A DNA stretch of 57,319 nt, the filler included, from Sphacelaria rigidula (lineage: Eukaryota), in assembly GCA_964200075.2 (NCBI GenBank). It is 5 parts of 5 records of this genome, joined end to end, with 100 filler letters (N's around TTAATTAATTAA, not from the genome) between each part and the next. Parts side by side here need not be neighbours in the genome. Positions count along the whole stretch, not along the records: positions 34,453 to 45,836 come from CAXNAA020004988.1; positions 45,937 to 57,319 come from CAXNAA020004989.1; 3 more parts are not named here. One strand, written 5' to 3'. The translations under genes and the position numbers were made by a program. Shown here in pieces: positions 35,171-48,020 of this stretch. The notes below the pieces were generated by a model. That model was not told the DNA's origin. It saw nothing but the letters and a program-made list of their open reading frames with translations, and ran no database searches. Each line of letters starts with the position of its first letter. The stretch's first letter is position 1.

Positions 35171-37579
35171 TCCATAGAGAAGCGAGTCGGAGCGGCATCT
35201 ACAGAAGCGAGTCGGGGATGTGGAGGGGGGTTCATATGCACGGAACAATTGAGACAAAGGTGGTGAAAATGGCAGATGCCGCTCCGACTCGCTTCTATAG
35301 ATGATTGTCTCTCGCCGTTCCCTATAACCCCCCCTCTTTCCTGCCCCCTCGTTCATTCTACGCATTCAACCAATATTCCCTTTTTTCAAAGTGCATGTAT
35401 TTTGCCAGTTCATAGCGACAACTACGAAAATATTCCGCGACGCCTGAGTATCACACCGTAACTTACAGTACGGTGAAACGTGTTTGAGATTTCATGTGTC
35501 GTGGGTTGCTACACTTGCCTCTGTGCTCGTAAGTGTGTATTTTTCAGACGTGCTGTCGCCAACTCCCTCCTATTACCATTTGAAGGATAAGGGCCGGGTG
35601 CGAGAGCGGGTAAAAAACAACCCAGGTCTAGACCCTTGTCCTGTGGACGAGGCCTTTTCTGCAGAACTCACAGCATGGATGGCTTGAGCGCGACGGAGTC
35701 CAGAGATGATACATGTGGTTCCACCAATAAGTATTGGAGGGGGTGGGTGTTGTAATTTTGACTGCCGCGGGCGCCGCTCTTTCTCGGAAGGAAGACGTGT
35801 GCTCATGGAATGACTCATCTATTCCCCGGTACTAGCACTGTACACACGGAAGTGTTAACGCACACTTGCGATGCATCGAATTTTGCCGTGGCATTGAGTT
35901 TTGAGTTTGTTTTGCTCTGCAAACGCCATACAAAGCACGTGGTCTGATCTCTATGCAAGCGTGTTTCTCCGTGGCAAAAACCAAACAGAGCCATGGGAGC
36001 AGGCTCCATCGTGCCGAGCAAGTTGCACAAGTCGTCTTGAAACACAGTCTATGATAAAGCGATTGACTCACACCGGTATGTTTGACTGTCGCTTATAGTT
36101 TGCTGTCCTGCCGCACAGTACGTTTGTGTAGGAGCCAGTGTGGAACTATTACCAACAAACAACCCAAGGGTGCGTCTACTTGATGCGGCACCAAGTCAAT
36201 CACCACTACATTTCAAAATTTTCATGTTTCCGTATGCAAAGCTCGCTCGAAATTCTCTGTGTAGCTTCCTATCCTCTACACGCCCATCATGTACTCCATC
36301 AAGAATGTCGCACTGGTACGTTCCGTGTTGAATGCCCGCGGCCCAAGGGACGAACTCTAGCTGTGGTCTACACGTCGGGGGGCGGGGGGGGGCGTTTTTC
36401 GCAACTGATAGCAAGATAAAACATACGGGGTGTCGCTCATGAGTTGATTGGTTGTGAAATTATTAATTCATTGGTTGCCGCGCGTTGACTAGCCGAGCCG
36501 CAGCGAGCCCAGGCGTGGTCGGGAGACAGACAGACGTACCCTTGGGATATGGAAGGAACCAGTCTAGCCAATGAAACCTCGGGGGAAAAGGGCGAACTGT
36601 AAAGAAGGTTGAAAAGAAAGACATTACAAACAATGTTAATGAACGTCATGCATGTGTAGCAGTGTTGGACATGGAGACATCATCACCTCGATGCGAAATC
36701 GACCTCTCAGCGTTCGATATCGATGAAAATTCTGATATATTTCGGCGAAGCCGAAAACTCCGAGCGCAGCGAGCTGGCTGGAACAGTGAGCAAGCTGTCC
36801 TCAGATGCTCCCCCGCGACCCCCTGCCCCGACAGGCAAGAGAGCCCAGCGGGGGACGCCGCCAGAAGAAGCAAATTTGAGCCTTTATTCATCACTAAAAA
36901 TGACTCAACGAAGACCTCCTAGCCCACGACAAACCCTATGCCGGTTTGGAAATAGCAATATCCATTATTAGGGTCTGACCCATTAAGCTCACAAAAGAAA
37001 ACAGATTTGCACAAAAACAAAAAAGAGGCAGAGGCAAGGAAAGAAACAGGACCAGAACTGCTCAGAGCCTCAGCAGGGTCAGGAGCACGGCAGGAATGAA
37101 AAAACATACATTACCACATACGTATCCATTTTGAGCAGATCACTAGATTAGGTCAGTGGAGGGCATGAAGGAACCATGGACACTTCTGTGTTGAATTATA
37201 TATGTGATTATTTTCCATATACTCTGAGCATCAAACTTGAAAATGACTGTTCTGAACACACACGACACAAGCACAGACATCAGAAGAAAAAAAAACGGGA
37301 AAAAAATAAACACACACATGAAGAAAAACAAGTCGAACGGGCAAAACCATGAAGAAGACATAATAACTGGCACACATTAATGGCGGAAGTTGAAGCATTT
37401 CCACCCCGACGTAGCATAACCATAAGCAAAAATGCCTCACTGAAGCGCATGCTCGCCAGAAATATGGAACGGAAAATGCCCAGACGAAAAGAAGAAGGGG
37501 TAAGAGCCTAACAAACACACGGCACCAGCTGTAAGTTGATCAATGCCCCGGTATTCAGTACAGAACACACAGTTGACCG

Positions 37580-37727
37580 GATCGTATCAAACTCATCGTG
37601 ATCGTTATCGTTATCGTGATTGCGAACTGCTTGTGTTACGATATGGATATCGAAACTTCGATATGATACCGATACCAAATGTTCGATACCCTATATCGAA
37701 AATTTCAACACAATACCCAACGCCTAG
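37580..37727 (-). mobile_element. Possible hAT-like non-autonomous terminus
   Basis: Minus strand starts TAGGCGTTGGGTATTG, followed by dense CGATA/TATCG subterminal repeats. Confidence 0.35.
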
Positions 37728-37919
37728 CTCTACGTAGGTTGTGGCGAACAGCGTAGTTAAACCGACCGGAAACTCGTAGGCGCGCTTCTACGTACAACAC
37801 GACCAGACCAAGCGGGAGAACAACCCGCTCGAAGTGGCAGTGTGTGCACTCTCAGTCTAGTGACGCTGGCTACCACCCCCCTCTCCCGCCGTGGCCACCT
37901 CCTGTCGCTCGAAATGCAG

Positions 37920-40421
37920 ACAAGCATGTTCGAAACCTTCAACGTGCTGGCTCTGAATACGATGGGACGAGGCGGGAGTCTGTCGTACGTGACAGGAGAT
38001 CGGTTTGCGAGATGGCGCGAACTAGCCCTTGAGACACAACGCATAGTGGACGCAGCATTGGGTTCTGCGAAGGAGTTTGGCGGCTACCCTGTCATCATCA
38101 ACCGGTAACTATGGATGAAAATAGCAACTTCGTTTCGGTTCCTAACATCCGGATGACTGGCGCGTGCGTCGTCTGATATATATAGTAATATATACGTATA
38201 TACGTCGTACACGGGTTTCTCCGAATCTGTTTGGAACTTATGGTGGGCGCTATCATGTGATAAATGGGAGATTTAGGGAAATTCTGATGTATGTCGATCG
38301 ACCTTCCGTTTTGCTATCCTTCCTTGGAATGTGAGAGATCAGTCATCTGAAAATATTGTGAACGCAGCAGGTTGAAGTATAATACCAGTTACTTCATCCA
38401 GAACAATCCTCTGATTAAAAGGTTCAGCTGTTGAGTTACCGGAGACCAGGTGTACCTACCATATGCCTTTTAGAGCTCGTCAGTATGTTGAAATGAGCTG
38501 TTCCGGTTTGTCGGGAAAGTGTGAAGCAGCCAGATATTTCTTGTGTCGGTCCTTCTCGTGAAGACCTCGTGGAAAGAGATTTTAAGTTTTGCAGGTGAAA
38601 TCGTCCGGTTCGGCCGTTGGTCGGTTGTGCTGTTGGGGAGTTTCGAAAACCCCTTGTTTTCTGTTGGCGTAGCGTTCATGAGTGTATATACTGTAGTTGA
38701 CCAATTGGACACTTTCGGATACAGTGGCACGTTTTACTTTACACGGCACCAAGGGAAGTCATCACGATAAGAAAAGGATAGCGGGCTTCCGATGCGGTCT
38801 AATCAGCTGACAGAATACTGTCTATGGTGGCGAATACGGAGCAAAATCTGTACAAACCAAGTGCATGTCGTAGTTGTACCCACGCTCAAAAGGATCTCGG
38901 CTATTCGAATCTGGGAAATGCAAAGAGGTAGAGGTACACCTACGAGTCTGCTGGGATTCCAATGTCACAACTGCTGGTGCTCCTTGAGAAATCACTCGAT
39001 TATAGTTTGCTGGGTTTCACACGAAGTTATGGGGAAGTTGGTTTCCTGGGGAAGGGTTAACACTGGTTGAGAGTTTACCTCTAGAGTATTTATTGATGCC
39101 AACACGCCGCGAACAGTGCGTATCAGTAGCTGAAGAGTGGTAACGGAACATGTCTTGGGCAGATGTTTTGGCTGTTCCCTCAGATGTATGTTTTCCTATT
39201 TCAGAATGATATACAGGTATCTGGCGGGGAGTTGTACATTTCGTTGCAGCATGTGGCCCCATTCGGGACCGCTGATGAGATCAAACGGTATCTAGTTGGT
39301 ATCACGAATCGACACACGGTTAATGTACAGAGGTTAAGTTGTTTTCCCGCGCGGTCTGTTTCAAGTAGCAAATATTCGGAGGTCAGCAGGAGGACAAAAA
39401 TACAGCGTCTGTTGGATTCGACAGTAAGGTGGATGTACGTTGAGTTGATATCAAGGATCAACCATTAAATAATGATGTTTTGCAGATACCGTTATCTCCC
39501 GTTTCCTGTCTTTGATTACGTGTTTCGAACGTTTCCGGATACCTTGTACAGTATGTTCTTCACTTGTTATTTTCGAGTAGAGACGTCTGGAGGTTATGTG
39601 GAGGGATCGGATGCGGCGCTTGAGTGTCCTCAAGGTCACCAAGGGTATCCAGATGGTATTGAGGGTTGCCTTGATAGCGTAACATCAAGGTGCTTCTCGA
39701 AGCTGCTGACCTACGGCTACTCGAGTTTGGTTTGTATCGTAACACACGTTCATACATTTGATAAGTCGATGAATCGATCGATCGATTTAACTTCGTCAAC
39801 TGATCCGCTACGAGTCATATTCCAGCGCATGGTCACAGGGTACGCGTACCCAAGGGGAATGAACCATCACTCGATGCATGGAACTTGAGCAGAAAAAGGA
39901 CAGCAAAGATAGTACCAAATACAAAGGAACATGCTGGAACAAGAAGAGCAGATGCATACGGAGTAGATAGTCGCCAACTATACATCTGTTTTAGTCGCTA
40001 CTTTTGGGTATGGGAACACACACGGTAGGGCCACAAAGTATATCACCCAGAACGACGTAAGAACATACCTAGACCTTCGCCATAAGTGACGAGATCCCAC
40101 ACTGCGGTAACACCCCGTGTAAAGATCTCCATGTGATTTTTCCAACGGCGCTACTCCTTGCGAGGTGACTGCGGCAGTATACGAGAAGACCGAAGTCGGG
40201 TCTTTCGCCCCGAGTGGTATACATCAGTCACGTCACACCCGAGGTACCAGTCAGTCACATCTTCGACCGACGAAACACGTGAAAATAAAGTACACTGCAC
40301 TAACACACGCAGATACTCGCACAGCACATTGCTGAGGAGCAAAAGCAGGAATCACTGGCCTAGATTGTTGCTACCATGCAGTGTCACCTACGCCATTACC
40401 ACCACTACCTCAATGACCTAG
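37920..40421 (+). CDS. Putative exons of an unknown gene (37920-38104, 40178-40421; possibly also 35548-35609)
   Basis: TGCAG|ACAAGC...AACCG|GTAACT joins in frame to GGCAG|TATACGA (GYPVIINR-IREDRSRVFRPEWY). No family recognised. Confidence 0.35.
38400..39480 (-). mobile_element. Highly decayed Gypsy-like pol (RT) remnant
   Basis: ILDINSTYIHLTV resembles the RT LDxxSAYxQI motif; the remainder is fragmentary. Confidence 0.3.
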
Positions 40422-40431
40422 GTTGTTACTA

Positions 40432-43400
40432 CTATGAAATGCCACGGACGCTATCACGAGCACTTCTACTACCGCCACCCCTCCCTCCGCCCTCTGCGGT
40501 GGAGTAGTTGAGGTTGGAGCGGGCCATGCACACCCAAAGGAAATCGGGGCCTTCAGACTGTAGCACTAGTTTTGTTTTTGCTGGAATAAACAGGGTGACG
40601 CCCGGGCAGAGGTCTTGAAGACGACCGGTGCTCACGTCGCATGCGTGGCCACTGCCCCCAAGCACAATCCCAAGCGAGGCAACCGGTATGCCGCCGTCTC
40701 CTAAGGCTGTGTAGCTCTCCCCAGGCGGTACCTGTACTTTGAGGAAATGGAGAGAAGAATGTATCGGAGATCCGCCTAGCGTCAGCGTCACGTTTGAGAA
40801 GAAGTGTGGGTAAGTACGGTATGAAACTGGACATTTTCGGGTACCGACTATTTCTTTGCAAAACGCCAGGGAAACTACTCATCGTGGTGAAGCCAAGAAC
40901 AGGCACGTGTCCGAAGCGGTCTGGCCAGCCAGACATTCTGCACTCGTAAAATTTACGCGGTCAGAAAAATACCATAAAGTCATCGTTCGAGACCAGCCAC
41001 AGAGTCCCCACGACTGATGCCGCGATGCCCCCCCCCCCCAGAAAGGTCGCTGGTTTGAGAAGCCACACTCTACATGTAAATCAATATGAGAAAAGCTTAG
41101 CACACTGAGCAGCTGGGAGCTCCAACACTTGAACACTTGAGATCGTGTTTGCCAACGTCCCCCATCTGAGGCGCTTTGTGCAATTCTGAAAGCAGCAATC
41201 ATGCCCATGTTCTTTGTGACAATTTTGGGGATGTTTTCGGGCGGGCTATCGCGGCATCACACCCATGTCACCTGAGAGTTCCCGGTAAAACGGAGAATTC
41301 AACTCGCCCCTATATGTCCTCAAAAACAATTTCTAGGCGATCATCTCCATACATGTAGTGAATTTATGTAAACGCAACAGAACGTCCAACACTAACCTGA
41401 GAGTGATACCGTACGTCATCGTCCACAGTACACCCCCCCCGGCGACAATGAACCCAATCTCAATTTTCTGTATGAGCCAGATCCTGCACTGTCATAGCAG
41501 AGTGTCTCTCAGCTCGGCGAGGATAGGAAATGGTTGAAGATATGAATAGGGTTTGTATGGACTCCTTACCGACCTGGGTGATCGATTTGTCGGTTACATT
41601 ACGTATCGTGCGTTGGCCGATCCGCTACCGATTCCCGCCGTGGTCACACAAGGTAATGGTATCAAACGTTGAGGAAGTGGAAGCACTCGCGGAAACCAAA
41701 CTCAGAAAAAGAAACGGAAAGCAACAAAACAATGAAGGAGAGTCTGTACAGAAATGCACTGGCGTACACACGAGGCTGAGAAATAATGGGGACACGTGCC
41801 CTGTAAAGAACGTAATTGATCAATCAATTTAATAACTCACGGGGTGATCAATTGGTGGATTGATGGATCGACTACCGGGCATTGTTATATTATAGGGATT
41901 TGCAGTTGCTAATTTTCTGTTTCTGGGTACAGACCGGGAGGTACTAGAAATGTATATCTTGGGCGAATATTTGAGCCGCATGTGGATCAACCACCAGCCA
42001 GCTGTACGTTTTACAAGCACCTCTCTGGTCGCTATCTTGTTCGATGACGTGGATTAATAAACGTGGAACGATACGATATATACGTAATTTGGAGATTAAA
42101 GTAGGCTCGTTTGGATTTGAGTTGAGTAATGACTTGAGTGAAGACATGTCTTTGGGTCGGGATGTCTCGCACCGCCCCATCGTTGGCACTTTCTTACCTT
42201 GGCCTTGGATTCAACAGTACTGTACAATAGAGATTAATCAAACACTGCTTCCTGCGTCTGATACGTCTACTGCGACTTCAACTGTCTTCGGCTTCGGTAA
42301 CTGAGCCTCAGGAACAAGAAGCCGAAGTAAGTTCCTGAGTGCACCACTACTCTGCTCATTTCTTCCTCGTGCATGTATGGTAGAAAGCAACCATCCCCTG
42401 AAAATACCCTAACTAGCAACCATACGAACGAGAATTCTTGATCCTAGGTTGTTATCATCCTCCCTGCCTCTAGCAGCTAGGGCAACAATCGTGTTCACTC
42501 GACAACATTGGCTGATCTCCAAGGGATCTGGCCGTGGTCATAAGACTCAAGGTAGGTGTACCTAAGGTAGCAAAACAACAGGGAAGCACTCGCTGGAGGA
42601 AACTCGAGAAAGGGGAAGAGTAAATAAAGAAAAAACAAACGGAGTGGACTCAAAAGCAAAAGACAAAACACAAAGGCAAAACGGAGAGCGAGATAAGCTC
42701 GTCACGATCCAAACAACGCAAAGCGAAAATAGTGATGATGATGATACGACGATGGAGTGACCGGCCCCTGCAGCATAACTTCAGGTAAGGAAACCGTATG
42801 GAAAGCACAGGCCGAAAACGCCGTCGAAACTATTGAGAACCACACTATTATACTATTATACTAGCTCTTTAGAGAACAGGCACGAACACTTCTACAGTTT
42901 AGAAGGGACACACTGCGGAACATAATAACATATATAGCTCCGGACCATGAACAGATTTTCCGTCGGAATATTTGTCCTCACCTGTGTGTCTATCATTTCG
43001 AAATCTTCAATGGGAGGGGTGTACCGCACGCTGTTGTCATCCACCAAAACCGGCTTGACGACGGGCGGTGCGCCCATGTGATACGTGAGCGTCTCGCACA
43101 GGAGAGGTACGTCGCGATATTTGGGAGTGAGGGCTACACGGACAACGTTGTCAGATCGAGCCATCACCTGCGATGGGAACAGCCAAAGGATGGTGTGGTT
43201 TGTTGAACAAGACGCGAAGGAAAAAACAAAACGGAGGCTATGAGAAAAACAAAAGTACGATGGTGACGAAACAGCAGCAGCAGCAGCAGCGGCAGCAACA
43301 GCAATAACAACAACAACGACGACAACAACAACAACAAGTTTCCCGATACTTCGGAGTAAGGGCCACGCGGACAATGTTGTCGGATTGAGCGTTTCTGGTC

Positions 43401-45569
43401 AACAGATTAGAACACGAAACGACCAAACGGTGGAAGACGAAAAAAACTACGATATCAAACAAAAAAACATAATTGAAAAAGAATGAGAGTGGGAAAAATG
43501 CCAAGACGAGGGCAGCGACGAATCAAACAGGATGAGATAACGCTACGCGGAATCCTGGGGACCACAAGTTTCAATCTTACCCCAAAGCCAAAAATAGATT
43601 ATGCTCTAACACGTAGTCCCAAAAGTGTAACCATTTTCCGTACTTGTATCATGTTTTACAGCGATAAGGTAGATTGACTGTCCATGGAAAGCATGCGCAC
43701 ATCGATGGGGGCACGTTTGATCCATACCGGATGGTTGAGTCTTGTTTTTGGCACAAACTGAAGACTGATTTCAGGATAACTCCCTGTGCCGTGTAGGGTG
43801 CAAACTAATTAAATACACGGACAGTTCTAGCAGGTGACCGAGCGATGGCGTCAACCCTTGAGTAATACTGTGCCGCTTTTCGCAAAAATATAACCTGCTG
43901 AAACGTCGATCGTTGGTGTTTTATGAACAATGTCATGAAAAAAGGAGTGAAAGCTTTCGCAGGCTGGTCCGCGGAAAAAACAAAAATGCCCGCCAACGTT
44001 TTCCCCCCACACATGAAGCAGATGCGGACAAGCAAAGCATGTGTGCAAGCAAAGCATGTGTGTACCCCTTAGTATGCAGGGAAGAAAGTGGTATACGTTC
44101 TTTTTCACTGCTGGGCGCTACGGGGTACTTGGCGCGTATGACACAGGGGATCTCAAAATGTACACGGTTTAATGAAGCCGAGACTCCTAAGACCGGTCAC
44201 ACCATTATCTTGGGGTCGTGTTGTAGTACCTGTATCGCATGTTTTAGCGCTTGATGTGCACCGCGAACAGTCGCGTGCATCCACCTCTACAGCCACGAAA
44301 AGGGTAGGGCGTGATTTACAGCCTAAATAACAGCTGACGAAACATCGCGAGGTAAGATCAGAAAGGTTGAGCTATACACGGTAATGCTGATAGCTGAAGG
44401 AGAACGATTTCCTCGCCGCGACTGCACCATATGCTCTACATTTTCGTATTATATTTCCCTCTCTTCCCTTTTCCACATCGTTTGTAAGAATCAGGGAACA
44501 AAACGTTGGCAGAGATGTTGCCAAATGGAGCCCCAGATCTTCGGCGTCTGGGTGTTTCTTGCTCCGCTTGGTTTCACCGGTTTCTTGCCCCCCCCCCCCT
44601 CCCCTCCCCGGCAATTTTATGCCTCAAATCGTCTGAAAATTTCATGTTTGCTCCATTCCTCGGATCGTGCTTGTAACTGAGGAAATTATTTTTTACAAAG
44701 ACCATCATGAATGACGCCTGAATGTCACCACTTTCTGGGTATCCCACTCTTCACTCGGCTTCACCGGTTTCTTGGCTTCCTTCCTCGCCGGTATATGCCC
44801 TGCGTTCTCGGAATCGTATCGCGCTTGCTTCATTTGCTGGACCGTTTCGAATAACTGGATACCATACCCCGCACACAGGCTCCTGGTAAAAGTTTCAAGT
44901 GACCAGACTCGGGGCATTTGTTCCCTCACTCGGTTGTTTCGGTTTCTTGGAGCATGCGGCTACTTACGGCAGGCTGGCAGGTGGAGCGGTAGGACCGGAC
45001 GACTTCGAAGGCCCTCGTACACTGACAGTCTCGGTAATGCCTTCAGGAATATTTATTTGAAAAAATGGTATATTTACCCTTGAAACTGACGGGTAAATAT
45101 ATACAAAATGTGGTTGCTGAGTCCTCGTGGATCAGGCCGAAACAGATGATCAGTGTATTTTTGCGTTTGGTCCGTTTCTCGCTCGGTCTCCAGAAGTTGG
45201 GGAGCATTATGTTACGCATGTGTTTTTGAACGAAGGCCCGAGGTTGTTCGCCATCGGTACTTCCGGCATTCTCCCGGTTTCACCGGTTTCTTGGGGTCCC
45301 CGTCTCTCTTATGTCCACATCATCAAAAATACAGCAGGAGGTATGAGCTCACCTACGGTATCAAGCTACAACTGAAAAAAACATCATAGCAGATCAAGTG
45401 GTATCGTGTTCACCTCCATGATGTCCCCCTTCAGGTAAGCGTGAGGCTCATTAGCCGCCATGAAGAACGACTCCCCCTCGCTCATCCTCAAGTAGTTCAG
45501 CAGCAGAGGCATCATGATGCCGATGTCCCCGGGGTACTCATCGGACAGTCGCAGCATCAGATCTTGCAG
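40432..45569 (-). CDS. MPI: Mannose-6-phosphate isomerase type I, last three exons (45569-45414, 43167-42982, 40731-40432); 5' part beyond the contig end
   Basis: YPGDIG..LLLNY..GESFF..ANEPHAYLKGDIME|VMARSDNVVR.ALTPKYRDV..L..LTY..Y.PPIEDF; all junctions GT/AG phase 0 (156, 186 and 300 bp). Confidence 0.95.
43271..43337 (+). repeat. (CAG)n/(CAA)n microsatellite in an MPI intron
   Basis: Seen directly. Confidence 0.95.
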
Positions 45570-45836
45570 CTGATGACCGAAAGCGCAAAACATTCGAAGA
45601 CGAAAAGTGCTGATTTCGATATACGCTATCCGTGTTTCATGGATCGAGTAAATTTGGTGCCGTCGGCTATCAGTGTACAATTAACACGTCATCGTATTCT
45701 GCGACACGTCTGAAACCAAGCTCGAAGGGAGATAGGAGGATGGGGGGGGGGGGGGGGGGGGGAAGGAACCGGACACGAGGGGCGAGAAAAATAGTGTTTG
45801 GCTGCAGGTGTTTAAAGTCACAGATTTTTTTTTAGT

Positions 45837-45936
45837 NNNNNNNNNNNNNNNNNNNNNNNNNNNNNNNNNNNNNNNNNNNNTTAATTAATTAANNNNNNNN
45901 NNNNNNNNNNNNNNNNNNNNNNNNNNNNNNNNNNNN
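45837..45936. other. Artificial spacer
   Basis: N44-TTAATTAATTAA-N44. Confidence 0.99.
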
Positions 45937-47904
45937 CCTCCCCTCCCCTCCCCTCCCCTCGCAAAATATTCTACTTCCTACGGCTGCAAGCACATACACG
46001 TGTAGATCAGGGCTTCATAGAGCAATCGGTTCGACTTTTGGCCCGAAAAATACCCAGACTTTGCCCCGCCGGAACCTCGCAACATACCCGCCGCATTCGT
46101 CCTCCTGGGCGCTAATCAGCACACGGTAGCCTTACACAGGGCGCCCGCGATGATACCGGTGACCGCGATGAAACCGAGGCACTTCTGGTTGTTGACTGCT
46201 CGCACGGACAACATATGCGGCATAACGAGCACACATGACAAGGAAGGTGGTGCGTGGGACAAGTGTTCCTCGTGAGAGGGGAGTGGTCAGTTCCACTCAT
46301 CGCGTGGTGTGTGCAGGAAATGCGTGAGACTTGAAATCTATTTTTTTTTCCAAAACAGGTACTTATTTCGGTAACACTTGAAGACACGTTATTTTCGCCG
46401 TTGTTTGAATTTCATCAAAGGTAGCTACGGCAGAGGCTACCGTAAATTAGATACCCCAACTTTTCGGGGCATCTACCAACACTTTGCACCACCTGGGACA
46501 CATACCTTGGGTATCGACTGGAGACATACTTGGGTGTCCCAAGATACCTGGGTATACACACTTCGTACCCACATGATACTTTACCCTTTTTACTTCTCGA
46601 TTTTCTGTAGAGAATTCAACACATATTCAGCTATTCAACACTGCCGTAGCTATTAAAGTTCATCTACCCTCCAGTATAAACTACTCAGGTTACCATCCAG
46701 GCGATTCCACACCCGTGGGACGACGCAAACGCGAAACTTGCCGGAGCCTAGCAGATTCACGACATCGCTCGGAAATTCACCAGAAGATGGCATGGTTTTC
46801 ATCAACCCCGATGACCGTCCGCAGGTGGACAGCCACGTCTGGTAACCGTTCAACAAGTGAACATAATGTCCATACGACAGATGGACGGACACAGCGGGCG
46901 TTGTAACGCCCTGACGAGTGATGACTGCTGCACCCAAAGACACAATGAAGTTTGCAGTATGCCCTACGGCGTAACTAACTGTGATTACCGTGCGTTGAAC
47001 TGCTATCGTGGTAGGCATACACTAGAATCATGGTAGTAGGTTTTCAACGCTAATTTTCTTGCAATCAACGGATGATTCAATAGTTACTTGATTGATCGAC
47101 CCGTTGCTTGATGGATTCGATTGATTGTCGTCTACATCAACTGACCCTCTACGAATTCAGCTGTGGTGGTCATTAGATATTGATGCACCCACGGTGGATA
47201 CAGTAGTAGCGGCCCGCTCAGAAAGAAAAAAAACGGAAGTATAGCTCTGCTGCCTGAGTTCCTTATCCGATGCAAACGTTGATCATGACCTCCTGTTTTA
47301 GGACGCAGTGTAGCGGTCATCGCTGAGGCTGAACACTCGATTATTTTTCTGAAGATCTCAGCCCGACTGTCATGCAAATCTCGTTTCCTATCAGCGAGTC
47401 GCTTACACTCACTTCGTTGTTTTTGCAAATTCATCAGTTTCGACAAGGGTAGAAATTGATCAAGTTCTCGGCAATAACAAATATGCCCTGACAATCATTT
47501 CACTCACATGTAGACTGGCTGTACTGCCAAAGGGCGTAGATACATGCGCTGCCCAGGGTTACAATGTGGGCCTGCGGGAAAATGCGGGGCGACAGGCGCG
47601 CGGCGGGGCGGGGAAGAGGGGTCAACTACGAGGAACTGGCACTAGTGGAAAACGGATGATCATAGGGGCAGTTAAACCGTCTGTGCAACAACGTGCCATC
47701 ATCGATTGATCCTACTATTTGGGGTGGGGATATTTCGAGCCGCTTCATGAGCGAAGGAGCTAATTTGTAGCATTGCCACAACCAGCGGGCTTTATCCTTT
47801 GCATGAATGCCCTTGGTATCAACATAAAAAACACGCGCATTGCTTGCACACCGCTCTTCAAGATACTTTACCATGATCTTCGTTCCCTTGCGCTCTCCCC
47901 CCCT

Positions 47905-48020
47905 GCCTGGTCCGGCGAAAACCTGGCGTGCTCAGTCCCTGCTTTGTAGGGATGCGAGGTCAATGGTCATGTGACCACGACATGCAAGATCATGAGCACG
48001 CCCCCCCCCCCCTCCCCCGT
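47905..48020 (+). repeat. Dispersed repeat family; other copies at 1-68, 57113-57230 and 57256-57319
   Basis: Shared TAGGGATGCGAGGTCAA.GGTC...GAC.A.G.CATGCA.GATCATGAG.AC followed by a C-run. Confidence 0.85.

Noticed and set aside
41520-42580. Retroelement remnant in the last MPI intron
   Set aside because: Composition suggests a decayed element but no diagnostic motif was readable.
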